DNA of 64,000 bases from Eledone cirrhosa (Eukaryota). Below the pieces are notes generated by a model. That model ran no database searches. It saw only the letters and a program-made list of their open reading frames with translations, and was not told the origin of the DNA. The stretch's first letter is position 1; every line of letters begins with the position of its first letter. The position numbers and the translations under genes were made by a program. Below are positions 25,494-40,266 of this stretch, piece after piece. The DNA lies in assembly GCA_964016885.1 (NCBI GenBank), contig OZ024744.1:77872001-77936000 (forward strand). The letters are read 5' to 3'.

Positions 25494-28400
25494 TAATCTG
25501 GGGTGAGATGTAGTCTCAGGTGAGATATAGTATGTGGTGACATATAGTCTGCGGTGAGATATAGTCTGGGGTAAGATATAGTCTGTGGTGTGATATAGTC
25601 AGTGGTGAGATATAGTCTATGGTGAGATATAGTCTGTGGTGAGATATAGTCTATGGTGAGATATAGTCTGTGGTGAGGTATAGTATGTGGTGAGATATAG
25701 TCTGGGGTGAGATATAGTCTGTTGTGAGATATAGTCTGTAGTAAGATATAGTCTATGGTGTGATATAGACTGTGGTAAGTTATAGTCTGGGCTGAGATGT
25801 AGTCTGGGGGGAGATATAGTCTGGGGGGAGATATAGTCTGTGGTGAGATTTAGTCTGTGGTAAGATATAGTCTGGGGTGAAATATAGTCTGGGGTGAGAT
25901 ATAGTCTGTGTTGAGATATAATCTATGGTTAGATATTGTCTGTAGTGAGATATAGTCTGTGGTGAGATATAGTCTAGGGTGAGATATAGTCTATGGTGAG
26001 ATATAGTCTGCGGTGAGATATAGTCTGGGGTGTGATATAATCTGGGTTGAGATATACTCTGTGGTGAGATATATTCTGTGGTGAGATATAGTCTGTGGTG
26101 AGATATAGTCTGGGGTGAGATATAATCTGGGGTGAGATATAGTCTGTAGTGAGATATAGGCTGTTGTGAGATATAGTGTGTGGTGAGATATAGTCTGTGG
26201 TGAGATATAGTCTTTGGTGAGATATAGTCTGTGGTGAGATATTGTCTTTGGTGAGATATAGTCTGGTGTGAGATATAGTCTGTAGTGAGATATAGTCTGT
26301 GGTGAGATATAGTCTCTGGTGAGATATAGTCTGTGGTTAGATATTGTCTGTGGCGAGATATAGTTTGTAGTGAGATATAGTGTGGGGTGAGATATAGTCT
26401 GTTGTGAGATATAGTCTGTGGTGAGATATAGTCTGTTGTGAGATATAGTCTGGAGTGAGATATAGTCTGTGGTGAGAAATAGTCTGTGGTGAGATATAGT
26501 CTGGGGTGAGATATAGTCTATGGTGAGATATAGTCTGGGGTGAGATATAGTCTGTGGTGAGATAAAGTCTGACATGAGATATAGTCTGTGGTGAGATATA
26601 GTCTGTGGTAGGATATAATCTGGGGTGAGATATAGTCTGTGGTGAGATATAGTCTGTAGTGAGATATTGTCTGTGGTGAGATATAGTCTGTGGTGAGATA
26701 TAGTCTGTGGTAAGATATAATCTGTGGTGAGATATAGTCTGTGGTGAGATATAGTCTGTGGTGACATATAGTCTCTGGTGAGATATAGTCTATAGTGAGA
26801 TATAGTCTGTAATGAGGTATAGTCTGTGGTGAGATATAGTCTGTGATGAGATATAGTCTGGTGTGAGATATAGTCTGGAGTGAGATATACTCTGTGGTGA
26901 GAGATTGTCTGGGGTGAGATATAGTTTGGGGTGAGATATAGTCTGTGGTGAGATATAGTCTGGGGTGAGATATAGTCTGTGGTGAGATATAGTCTATGGT
27001 GAGATACAGTCTGTGGTGAGATATAATCTGGGTTGAGATATACTCTGTGGATAGATATAGTCTGGGGTGAGATATAGTCTGGGGTGAGATATAGTCTGGG
27101 GTGAGATATAATATGGGGTGAGGTATAGTCTGTGGTAAGATATAGTGTGGGGTGAGATATAGTCTGTAGTCAGATATAGTCTGGGGTGAGATATAGTCTG
27201 GGGTGAGATATAGTCTGTGGTGAGATATAGTCTATAGTGAGATATAGTCTGTCATGAGATATAGTGTGTGGTGAGATATAGTCTGTTATGAGATATAGTG
27301 TGTGGTGAGATATAGTCTGTCATGAGATATAGTGTGTGGTGAGATATAGTCTGGGGTGAGATATAGTCTGTTGTGAGATATAATCTGTCATGAGATATAG
27401 TGTGTGGTGAGATATAGTCTGGGGTGAGATATAGTCTGTTGTGAGATATAATCTGTGGTGAGATATAGTCTGTAGTGAGATATAGTCTGTGGTGAGATAT
27501 AGTCTGTGGTGAGATATAGTCTGTGGTGAAATATAATCTGTGGTGAGATATAGTCTGGGTTGAGATATAGTCTGTGGTGAGATATAGTCTGTGGTGAGAT
27601 ATATAGTCTGTGGTGAGATATAGTCTGTGGTGAGATATAGTCTGGTGTGAGATATAGTCTGGGTTTGAGATATAATCTGTCGTGAGATATAGTCAGGGGT
27701 GAGATATAGTCTGTTGTGAGATATAGTCTAGGGTAAGATATAGTCTGTGGTGAGACATAGTCTGTGGTGAGATATAGTCTATGGTGAGATATAGTCTGGG
27801 GTGAGATATAGCCTTCGGTGAGATATAGTCTTTGGTAAGATATAGTGTGGGGAGAGATATAGTCTGTAGTCAGATATAGTCTGGGGTGACATATAGTCTG
27901 TGGTGAGATAAAGTCTGTAGTGAGATATAGTCTGTAGTCAGATATAGTCTCGGTGAGATATAGTGTGGGGTTTGATATAGTCTGTACTCAGATATCGTCT
28001 GGGGGATATATAGTCTGGTCTGAGATATAGTCTGTAGTGAGATATAGTCTGGGGTGAGAGATAGTCTGGGGTGAGATATAGTCTGGGGTGAGATATAGTC
28101 TGTGGTGAGATATAGTCTGTGGTGAGATATAGTCTGGGGTGAGATATAGTTTGTGGTGAGATATAGTCTGTAGTGAGATATAGTCTGTTGTAACATATAG
28201 TGTGTGGTGAGATATAGTCTGGGGTGAGATATAGTTTGTAGTGAGATATAGTCTGTAGTGAGATATAGTCTGTGGTGAGATATAGTCTGGATTGAGATAT
28301 AGTCTGTAATGAGATATAGTCTGTGGTGAGATATAGTCTGTGGTAAGATATAGTTTGTGGTGAGATACAGTCTCTGGTGAGATATAGTCTTTGGTGAGAT

Positions 28401-29166
28401 ATAGTCTGTATTGAGATATAGTCTATGGTGAGATATAGTCTATGGTGAGATATAGTCTGGGGTGAGATATAGTGTGTGCTGAGATATAGTCTGTGGTGAG
28501 ATATAGTCTGTGTTAGGATATAGTCTGTGGTGAGATATAGTCTATTGTGAGATATAGTCTGTCGTGAGATATAGTCTGTTGTAAGATATACTCTGTGGTG
28601 AGATATAGTGTGTTGTGAGATATAGTCTGGGGTAAGATATAGTCTGTGGTGGCATATAGTCTCTGGTGAGATATAGTGTGTGGTGAGATATAGTCTGGGG
28701 TGAGATATAATCTGCGGTGAGATATAGTCTGGTGTGAGATATAGTCTGTAGTGAGATATAGTCTGGGGTGAGATATATTCTGTGGTGAGATATAGTCTGT
28801 TTTGAGATATAGTCTGGGGTGAGATATAATCTTGGTTGAGATATACTCTGTGGATAGATATAGTCTGGGGTGAGATATAGTCTATGGTGAGATACAGTCT
28901 GGGGTGAGATATAATCTGCGGTGTGATATAGTCTGTGATAAGATATAGTGTGGGGTAAGATATAGTCTGTAGTCAGATATTGCCTGGGGTGAGATATAGT
29001 CTGTGGTTGGATATAATCTATGGTGAGATATAGTCTGGGGTGAGATATAGTCTGTAATGAGATATAGTCTGTGGTGAGATATAGTCTGTGGTAAGATATA
29101 GTCTGTGGTGTGATATAATCTGTGGTGAGATATAGTCTGTAGTGAGATATAGTCTGTAGTGAGATA

Positions 29167-29519
29167 AAATTGTTAACCATGTTGCCAACAACAACCCTGA
29201 GTGCCTTTTCGATTTCCATGTGTCTAACACACGTGGACATGCCCACAATGTAAGAAAACAGCACAGTTCCCATGACTTTCGTAGACATATTTTCACGCTC
29301 AGAGTTGCTGAAGCATGGAACAAACTACCTGCATCAGTTGTTAGCTGTCGAGACACTGCATCCTTTAAGGCCTCCATGCTTCCCGAGATTCGCCAACACT
29401 ACAGCTAACACATACAAACATGTACTTCCCTGGCATTTGTGTATTATTCTATGTACTATATTGACGAGTTGTAGTGCACCTGAGCACTTTACACAATAAT
29501 TTCATTATTATTATTATTA
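29167..29519 (+). mobile_element. CR1-like LINE 3' fragment (copy 5)
   Basis: Same sequence and junctions as copy 1 (ORF 29220..29408). Confidence 0.93.
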
Positions 29520-32500
29520 TAATCTGGGGTGAGATGTAGTCTCAGGTGAGATATAGTATGTGGTGACATATAGTCTGCGGTGAGATATAGTCTGGGGTAA
29601 GATATAGTCTGTGGTGTGATATAGTCAGTGGTGAGATATAGTCTATGGTGAGATATAGTCTGTGGTGAGATATAGTCTATGGTGAGATATAGTCTGTGGT
29701 GAGGTATAGTATGTGGTGAGATATAGTCTGGGGTGAGATATAGTCTGTTGTGAGATATTGTCTGTGGTAAGGTATAGTCTGTGGTGATATATAGTCTGTA
29801 GTAAGATATAGTCTATGGTGTGATATAGACTGTGGTAAGTTATAGTCTGGGCTGAGATGTAGTCTGGGGGGAGATATAGTCTGGGGGGAGATATAGTCTG
29901 TGGTGAGATTTAGTCTGTGGTAAGATATAGTCTGGGGTGAAATATAGTCTGGGGTGAGATATAGTCTGTGTTGAGATATAATCTATGGTTAGATATTGTC
30001 TGTAGTGAGATATAGTCTGTGGTGAGATATAGTCTAGGGTGAGATATAGTCTATGGTGAGATATAGTCTGCGGTGAGATATAGTCTGGGGTGTGATATAA
30101 TCTGGGTTGAGATATACTCTGTGGTGAGATATATTCTGTGGTGAGATATAGTCTGTGGTGAGATATAGTCTGGGGTGAGATATAATCTGGGGTGAGATAT
30201 AGTCTGTAGTGAGATATAGGCTGTTGTGAGATATAGTGTGTGGTGAGATATAGTCTGTGGTGAGATATAGTCTTTGGTGAGATATAGTCTGTGGTGAGAT
30301 ATTGTCTTTGGTGAGATATAGTCTGGTGTGAGATATAGTCTGTAGTGAGATATAGTCTGTGGTGAGATATAGTCTCTGGTGAGATATAGTCTGTGGTTAG
30401 ATATTGTCTGTGGCGAGATATAGTTTGTAGTGAGATATAGTGTGGGGTGAGATATAGTCTGTTGTGAGATATAGTCTGTGGTGAGATATAGTCTGTTGTG
30501 AGATATAGTCTGGAGTGAGATATAGTCTGTGGTGAGAAATAGTCTGTGGTGAGATATAGTCTGGGGTGAGATATAGTCTATGGTGAGATATAGTCTGGGG
30601 TGAGATATAGTCTGTGGTGAGATAAAGTCTGACATGAGATATAGTCTGTGGTGAGATATAGTCTGTGGTAGGATATAATCTGGGGTGAGATATAGTCTGT
30701 GGTGAGATATAGTCTGTAGTGAGATATTGTCTGTGGTGAGATATAGTCTGTGGTGAGATATAGTCTGTGGTAAGATATAATCTGTGGTGAGATATAGTCT
30801 GTGGTGAGATATAGTCTGTGGTGACATATAGTCTCTGGTGAGATATAGTCTATAGTGAGATATAGTCTGTAATGAGGTATAGTCTGTGGTGAGATATAGT
30901 CTGTGATGAGATATAGTCTGGTGTGAGATATAGTCTGGAGTGAGATATACTCTGTGGTGAGAGATTGTCTGGGGTGAGATATAGTTTGGGGTGAGATATA
31001 GTCTGTGGTGAGATATAGTCTGGGGTGAGATATAGTCTGTGGTGAGATATAGTCTATGGTGAGATACAGTCTGTGGTGAGATATAGTCTATGGTGAGTTA
31101 TAGTCTGTGGTGAGATATAGTCTGTGGTGAGATATAGTCTGGGGTGAGGTATAGTCTGTGGTGAGATATATTCTGTGGTGAGATATAGTCTGTGGTGAAA
31201 TAAAATCTGTAGTGAGTTATAGTCTCAGGTGAGATATAGTCTGGGGTGATATATAGTCTGGGATGAGATATAGTCTGTGGTGAGATATAGTCTATGGTGA
31301 GATACAGTCTGTGTTGAGATATACTCTATGGTGAGTTATAGTCTGTGGTGAGATATAGTCTGTGGTGAGATATAGTCTATGGTGAGATATAGTCTGGGGT
31401 GAGATATAGCCTTCGGTGAGATATAGTCTTTGGTAAGATATAGTGTGGGGAGAGATATAGTCTGTAGTCAGATATAGTCTGGGGTGACATATAGTCTGTG
31501 GTGAGATAAAGTCTGTAGTGAGATATAGTCTGTAGTCAGATATAGTCTCGGGTGAGATATAGTGTGGGGTTTGATATAGTCTGTACTCAGATATCGTCTG
31601 GGGGATATATAGTCTGGTCTGAGATATAGTCTGTAGTGAGATATAGTCTGGGGTGAGATATAGTCTGGGGTGAGATATAGTCTGGGGTGAGATATAGTCT
31701 GTGGTGAGATATAGTCTGTGGTGAGTTATAGTCTGGGGTGAGATATAGTTTGTGGTGAGATATAGTCTGTAGTGAGATATAGTCTGTTGTCACATATAGT
31801 GTGTTGTGAGATATAGTCTGGGGTGAGATATAGTTTGTAGTGAGATATAGTCTGTAGTGAGATATAGTCTGTGGTGAGATATAGTCTGGATTGAAATATA
31901 GTCTGTAATGAGATATAGTCTGTGGTGAGATATAGTCTGTGGTAAGATATAGTTTGTGGTGAGATATAGTCTGTGGTGAGATATAGTCTGTAGTGAGATA
32001 TAGTCTGTAGTCAGATATAGTCTGGGGTGAGATACAGTCTCTGGTGAGATATAGTCTTTGGTGAGATATAGTCTGTATTGAGATATAGTCTATGGTGAGA
32101 TATAGTCTATGGTGAGATATAGTCTGGGGTGAGATATAGTGAGTGCTGAGATATTGTCTGTGGTGAGATATAGTCTGTGTTAGGATATAGTCTGTGGTGA
32201 GATATAGTCTATTGTGAGATATAGTCTGTCGTGAGATATAGTCTGTTGTAAGATATACTCTGTGGTGAGATATAGTGTGTTGTGAGATATAGTCTGGGGT
32301 AAGATATAGTCTGTGGTGGCATATAGTCTCTGGTGAGATATAGTGTGTGGTGAGATATAGTCTGGGGTGAGATATAATCTGCGGTGAGATATAGTCTGGT
32401 GTGAGATATAGTCTGTAGTGAGATATAGTCTGGGGTGAGATATATTCTGTGGTGAGATATAGTCTGTTTTGAGATATAGTCTGGGGTGAGATATAATCTG

Positions 32501-32833
32501 GGTTGAGATATACTCTGTGGATAGATATAGTCTGGGGTGAGATATAGTCTATGGTGAGATACAGTATGGGGTGAGATATAATCTGCGGTGTGATATAGTC
32601 TGTGATAAGATATAGTGTGGGGTAAGATATAGTCTGTAGTCAGATATTGCCTGGGGTGAGATATAGTCTGTGGTTGGATATAATCTATGGTGAGATATAG
32701 TCTGGGGTGAGATATAGTCTGTAATGAGATATAGTCTGTGGTGAGATATAGTCTGTGGTAAGATATAGTCTGTGGTGTGATATAATCTGTGGTGAGATAT
32801 AGTCTGTAGTGAGATATAGTCTGTAGTGAGATA

Positions 32834-33186
32834 AAATTGTTAACCATGTTGCCAACAACAACCCTGAGTGCCTTTTCGATTTCCATGTGTTTAACACACG
32901 TGGACATGCCCACAATGTAAGAAAACAGCACAGTTCCCATGACTTTCGTAGACATATTTTCACGCTCAGAGTTGCTGAAGCATGGAACAAACTACCTGCA
33001 TCAGTTGTTAGCTGTCGAGACACTGCATCCTTTAAGGCCTCCATGCTTCCCGAGATTCGCCAACACTACAGCTAACACATACAAACATGTACTTCCCTGG
33101 CATTTGTGTATTATTCTATGTACTATATTGACGAGTTGTAGTGCACCTGAGCACTTTACACAATAATTTCATTATTATTATTATTA
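32834..33186 (+). mobile_element. CR1-like LINE 3' fragment (copy 6; gtgtttaac variant)
   Basis: Carries the same C>T variant as copy 2 (ORF 32887..33075). Confidence 0.93.
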
Positions 33187-36100
33187 TAATCTGGGGTGAG
33201 ATGTAGTCTCAGGTGAGATATAGTATGTGGTGACATATAGTCTGCGGTGAGATATAGTCTGGGGTAAGATATAGTCTGTGGTGTGATATAGTCAGTGGTG
33301 AGATATAGTCTATGGTGAGATATAGTCTGTGGTGAGATATAGTCTATGGTGAGATATAGTCTGTGGTGAGGTATAGTATGTGGTGAGATATAGTCTGGGG
33401 TGAGATATAGTCTGTTGTGAGATATAGTCTGTGGTAAGGTATAGTCTGTGGTGATATATAGTCTGTAGTAAGATATAGTCTATGGTGTGATATAGACTGT
33501 GGTAAGTTATAGTCTGGGCTGAGATGTAGTCTGGGGGGAGATATAGTCTGGGGGGAGATATAGTCTGTGGTGAGATTTAGTCTGTGGTAAGATATAGTCT
33601 GGGGTGAAATATAGTCTGGGGTGAGATATAGTCTGTGTTGAGATATAATCTATGGTTAGATATTGTCTGTAGTGAGATATAGTCTGTGGTGAGATATAGT
33701 CTAGGGTGAGATATAGTCTATGGTGAGATATAGTCTGCGGTGAGATATAGTCTGGGGTGTGATATAATCTGGGTTGAGATATACTCTGTGGTGAGATATA
33801 TTCTGTGGTGATATATAGTCTGTGGTGAGATATAGTCTGGGGTGAGATATAATCTGGGGTGAGATATAGTCTGTAGTGAGATATAGGCTGTTGTGAGATA
33901 TAGTGTGTGGTGAGATATAGTCTGTGGTGAGATATAGTCTTTGGTGAGATATAGTCTGTGGTGAGATATTGTCTTTGGTGAGATATAGTCTGGTGTGAGA
34001 TATAGTCTGTAGTGAGATATAGTCTGTGGTGAGATATAGTCACTGGTGAGATATAGTCTGTGGTTAGATATTGTCTGTGGCGAGATATAGTTTGTAGTGA
34101 GATATAGTGTGGGGTGAGATATAGTCTGTGGTGAGATATAGTCTATGGTGAGATATAGTCTGTTGTGAGATATAGTCTGGAGTGAGATATAGTCTGTGGT
34201 GAGAAATAGTCTGTGGTGAGATATAGTCTGGGGTGAGATATAGTCTATGGTGAGATATAGTCTGTGGTGAGATATAGTCTGTGGTGAGATATAGTCTGTG
34301 GTAGCATATAATCTGGGGTGAGATATATTCTGTAGTGAGATATAGTCTGTGGTGAGATATAGTCTGTGGTGAGATATAGACTGTGGTGAGATATAGTCAG
34401 TGGTGAGATATAGTCTGTAGTGAGATATTGTCTGTGGTGAGATATAGTCTGTGGTGAGATATAGTCTGTGGTGAGATATAGTCTGTTGTGACATATAGTC
34501 TCTGGTGAGATATAGTCTGTAGTGAGATATAGTCTGTAATGAGATATAGTCTGTGGTGAGATATAGTCTGTGATGAGATATAGTCTGGTGTGAGATATAG
34601 TCTGGAGTGAGATATACTCTGTGGTGAGAGATTGTCTGGGGTGAGATATAGTTTGGGGTGAGATATAGTCTGTGGTGAGATATAGTCTGGGGTGAGATAT
34701 AGTCTGTGGTGAGATATAGTCTATGGTGAGATACAGTCTGTGGTGAGATATAGTCTATGGTGAGTTATAGTCTGTGGTGAGATATAGTCTGTGGTGAGAT
34801 ATAGTCTGGGGTGAGGTATAGTCTGTGGTGAGATATATTCTGTGGTGAGATATAGCCTGTGGTGAAATAAAATCTGTAGTGAGTTATAGTCTCAGGTGAG
34901 ATATAGTCTGGGGTGATATATAGTCTGGGATGAGATATAGTCTGTGGTGAGATATAGTCTATGGTGAGATACAGTCTGTGGTGAGATATACTCTATGGTG
35001 AGTTATAGTCTGTGGTGAGATATAGTCTGTGGTGAGATATAGTCTATGGTGAGATATAGTCTGGGGTGAGATATAGCCTTCGGTGAGATATAGTCTTTGG
35101 TAAGATATAGTGTGGGGAGAGATATAGTCTGTAGTCAGATATAGTCTGGGGTGACATATAGTCTGTGGTGAGATAAAGTCTGTAGTGAGATATAGTCTGT
35201 AGTCAGATATAGTCTCGGGTGAGATATAGTGTGCGGTTTGATATAGTCTGTACTCAGATATCGTCTGGGGGATATATAGTCTGGTCTGAGATATAGTCTG
35301 TAGTGAGATATAGTCTGGGGTGAGATATAGTCTGGGGTGAGATATAGTCTGGGGTGAGATATAGTCTGTGGTGAGATATAGTCTGTGGTGAGATATAGTC
35401 TGGGGTGAGATATAGTTTGTGGTGAGATATAGTCTGTAGTGAGATATAGTCTGTTGTAACATATAGTCTGTGGTAAGATATAGTTTGTGGTGAGATATAG
35501 TCTGTGGTGAGATATAGTCTGTAGTGAGATATAGTATGTAGTGAGATATAGTCTGGGGTGAGATATAGTCTCTGGTGAGATATAGTCTTTGGTGAGATAT
35601 AGTCTGTATTGAGATATAGTCTATGGTGAGATATAGTCTATGGTGAGATATAGTCTGGGGTGAGATATAGTGTGTGCTGAGATATAGTCTGTGGTGAGAT
35701 ATAGTCTGTGTTAGGATATAGTCTGTGGTGAGATATAGTCTATTGTGAGATATAGTCTGTCGTGAGATATAGTCTGTTGTAAGATATACTCTGTGGTGAG
35801 ATATAGTGTGTTGTGAGATATAGTCTGTGGTAAGATATAGTCTGTGGTGACATATAGTCTCTGGTGAGATATAGTGTGTGGTGAGATATAGTCTGGGGTG
35901 AGATATAATCTGCGGTGAGATATAGTCTGGTGTGAGATATAGTCTGTAGTGAGATATAGTCTGGGGTGAGATATATTCTGTGGTGAGATATAGTCTGTTT
36001 TGAGATATAGTCTGGGGTGAGATATAATCTGGGTTGAGATATACTCTGTGGATAGATATAGTCTGGGGTGAGATATAGTCTATGGTGAGATACAGTCTGG

Positions 36101-36449
36101 GGTGAGATATAATCTGCGGTGAGATATAGTCTGTGATAAGATATAGTGTGGGGTAAGATATAGTCTGTAGTCAGATATTGTCTGGGGTGAGATATAGTCT
36201 GGGGTGAGATATAGTCTGTTGTGAGATATAGTCTATGGTGAGATATGGTCTGTCATGAGATATAGTCTGTGGTGAGATATAGTCTGTGGTTGGATATAAT
36301 CTATGGTGAGATATAGTCTGGGGTGAGATATAGTCTGTAATGAGATATAGTCTGTGGTGAGATATAGTCTGTGGTAAGATATAGTCTGTGGTGTGATATA
36401 ATCTGTGGTGAGATATAGTCTGTAGTGAGATATAGTCTGTAGTGAGATA

Positions 36450-36802
36450 AAATTGTTAACCATGTTGCCAACAACAACCCTGAGTGCCTTTTCGATTTCC
36501 ATGTGTCTAACACACGTGGACATGCCCACAATGTAAGAAAACAGCACAGTTCCCATGACTTTCGTAGACATATTTTCACGCTCAGAGTTGCTGAAGCATG
36601 GGACAAACTACCTGCATCAGTTGTTAGCTGTCGAGACACTGCATCCTTTAAGGCCTCCATGCTTCCCGAGATTCGCCAACACTACAGCTAACACATACAA
36701 ACATGTACTTCCCTGGCATTTGTGTATTATTCTATGTACTATATTGACGAGTTGTAGTGCACCTGAGCACTTTACACAATAATTTCATTATTATTATTAT
36801 TA
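36450..36802 (+). mobile_element. CR1-like LINE 3' fragment (copy 7; private A>G, WNK>WDK)
   Basis: Same as copy 1 except tgggacaaa at ~36600 (ORF 36503..36691). Confidence 0.93.
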
Positions 36803-39800
36803 TAATCTGGGGTGAGATGTAGTCTCAGGTGAGATATAGTATGTGGTGACATATAGTCTGCGGTGAGATATAGTCTGGGGTAAGATATAGTCTGTGGTGT
36901 GATATAGTCAGTGGTGAGATATAGTCTATGGTGAGATATAGTCTGTGGTGAGATATAGTCTATGGTGAGATATAGTCTGTGGTGAGGTATAGTATGTGGT
37001 GAGATATAGTCTGGGGTGAGATATAGTCTGTTGTGAGATATAGTCTGTGGTAAGGTATAGTCTGTGGTGATATATAGTCTGTAGTAAGATATAGTCTATG
37101 GTGTGATATAGACTGTGGTAAGTTATAGTCTGGGCTGAGATGTAGTCTGGGGGAGATATAGTCTGGGGGGAGATATAGTCTGTGGTGAGATTTAGTCTGT
37201 GGTAAGATATAGTCTGGGGTGAAATATAGTCTGGGGTGAGATATAGTCTGTGTTGAGATATAGTCTGTGGTGAGATATAGTCTGTTGTGAGATATAGTCT
37301 GGGGTAAGATATAGTCTGTGGTGAGATATAGTCTGTGGTGAGATATAGTCTGTGGTAGGATATAGTCTGTGGTGTGATATAGTCTGTTGTGAGATATAGT
37401 CTGTCGTGAGATATAGTCTGTTGTAAGATATACTCTGTGGTGAGATGTAGTGTGTTGTGAGATATAGGCTTGGGTAAGATATAGTCTTTGGTGACATATA
37501 GTCTCTGGTGAGATATAGTGTGTGGTGAGATATAGTCTGGGGTGAGATATAGTCTGTTGTGAGATATAGTCTCTGGTCAGATATAGTGTGTAGTGAGATA
37601 TAGTCTGTTGTGAGATATAGTCTGTGGTAAGATATAGTCTGTGGTGAGATTTTGTCTATGGTGAGATATAGTCTGGTGTGAGATATAGTCTGTAGTGAGA
37701 TATAATCTGGGGTGAGATATAGTCTGTGGTGAGATATAGTCTGTGGTGAGATATAGTCTGGGGTGAGATATAATCTGGGTTGAGATATACTCTGTGGATA
37801 GATATAGTCTGGGGTGAGATATAGTCTGGGGTGAGATATAGTCTGGGGTGAGATATAATATGGGGTGAGGTATAGTCTGTGGTAAGATATAGTGTGGGGT
37901 GAGATATAGTCTGTAGTCAGATATAGTCTGGGGTGAGATATAGTCTGGGGTGAGATATAGTCTGTGGTGAGATATAGTCTATAGTGAGATATAGTCTGTC
38001 ATGAGATATAGTGTGTGGTGAGATATAGTCTGTTATGAGATATAGTGTGTGGTGAGATATAGTCTGTCATGAGATATAGTGTGTGGTGAGATATAGTCTG
38101 GGGTGAGATATAGTCTGTTGTGAGATATAATCTGTCATGAGATATAGTGTGTGGTGAGATATAGTCTGGGGTGAGATATAGTCTGTTGTGAGATATAATC
38201 TGTGGTGAGATATAGTCTGTAGTGAGATATAGTCTGTGGTGAGATATAGTCTGTGGTGAGATATAGTCTGTGGTGAAATATAGTCTGTGGTGAGATATAG
38301 TCTGGGTTGAGATATAGTCTGTGGTGAGATATAGTCTGTGGTGAGATATATAGTCTGTGGTGAGATATAGTCTGTGGTGAGATATAGTCTGGTGTGAGAT
38401 ATAGTCTGGGTTTGAGATATAATCTGTCGTGAGATATAGTCAGGGGTGAGATATAGTCTGTTGTGAGATATAGTCTAGGGTAAGATATAGTCTGTGGTGA
38501 GACATAGTCTGTGGTGAGATATAGTCTATGGTGAGATATAGTCTGGGGTGAGATATAGCCTTCGGTGAGATATAGTCTTTGGTAAGATATAGTGTGGGGA
38601 GAGATATAGTCTGTAGTCAGATATAGTCTGGGGTGACATATAGTCTGTGGTGAGATAAAGTCTGTAGTGAGATATAGTCTGTAGTCAGATATAGTCTCGG
38701 TGAGATATAGTGTGGGGTTTGATATAGTCTGTACTCAGATATCGTCTGGGGGATATATAGTCTGGTCTGAGATATAGTCTGTAGTGAGATATAGTCTGGG
38801 GTGAGAGATAGTCTGGGGTGAGATATAGTCTGGGGTGAGATATAGTCTGTGGTGAGATATAGTCTGTGGTGAGATATAGTCTGGGGTGAGATATAGTTTG
38901 TGGTGAGATATAGTCTGTAGTGAGATATAGTCTGTTGTAACATATAGTGTGTGGTGAGATATAGTCTGGGGTGAGATATAGTTTGTAGTGAGATATAGTC
39001 TGTAGTGAGATATAGTCTGTGGTGAGATATAGTCTGGATTGAGATATAGTCTGTAATGAGATATAGTCTGTGGTGAGATATAGTCTGTGGTAAGATATAG
39101 TTTGTGGTGAGATACAGTCTCTGGTGAGATATAGTCTTTGGTGAGATATAGTCTGTATTGAGATATAGTCTATGGTGAGATATAGTCTATGGTGAGATAT
39201 AGTCTGGGGTGAGATATAGTGTGTGCTGAGATATAGTCTGTGGTGAGATATAGTCTGTGTTAGGATATAGTCTGTGGTGAGATATAGTCTATTGTGAGAT
39301 ATAGTCTGTCGTGAGATATAGTCTGTTGTAAGATATACTCTGTGGTGAGATATAGTGTGTTGTGAGATATAGTCTGGGGTAAGATATAGTCTGTGGTGGC
39401 ATATAGTCTCTGGTGAGATATAGTGTGTGGTGAGATATAGTCTGGGGTGAGATATAATCTGCGGTGAGATATAGTCTGGTGTGAGATATAGTCTGTAGTG
39501 AGATATAGTCTGGGGTGAGATATATTCTGTGGTGAGATATAGTCTGTTTTGAGATATAGTCTGGGGTGAGATATAATCTTGGTTGAGATATACTCTGTGG
39601 ATAGATATAGTCTGGGGTGAGATATAGTCTATGGTGAGATACAGTCTGGGGTGAGATATAATCTGCGGTGTGATATAGTCTGTGATAAGATATAGTGTGG
39701 GGTAAGATATAGTCTGTAGTCAGATATTGCCTGGGGTGAGATATAGTCTGTGGTTGGATATAATCTATGGTGAGATATAGTCTGGGGTGAGATATAGTCT

Positions 39801-39913
39801 GTAATGAGATATAGTCTGTGGTGAGATATAGTCTGTGGTAAGATATAGTCTGTGGTGTGATATAATCTGTGGTGAGATATAGTCTGTAGTGAGATATAGT
39901 CTGTAGTGAGATA

Positions 39914-40266
39914 AAATTGTTAACCATGTTGCCAACAACAACCCTGAGTGCCTTTTCGATTTCCATGTGTCTAACACACGTGGACATGCCCACAATGTAA
40001 GAAAACAGCACAGTTCCCATGACTTTCGTAGACATATTTTCACGCTCAGAGTTGCTGAAGCATGGAACAAACTACCTGCATCAGTTGTTAGCTGTCGAGA
40101 CACTGCATCCTTTAAGGCCTCCATGCTTCCCGAGATTCGCCAACACTACAGCTAACACATACAAACATGTACTTCCCTGGCATTTGTGTATTATTCTATG
40201 TACTATATTGACGAGTTGTAGTGCACCTGAGCACTTTACACAATAATTTCATTATTATTATTATTA
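39914..40266 (+). mobile_element. CR1-like LINE 3' fragment (copy 8)
   Basis: Same sequence and junctions as copy 1 (ORF 39967..40155). Confidence 0.93.
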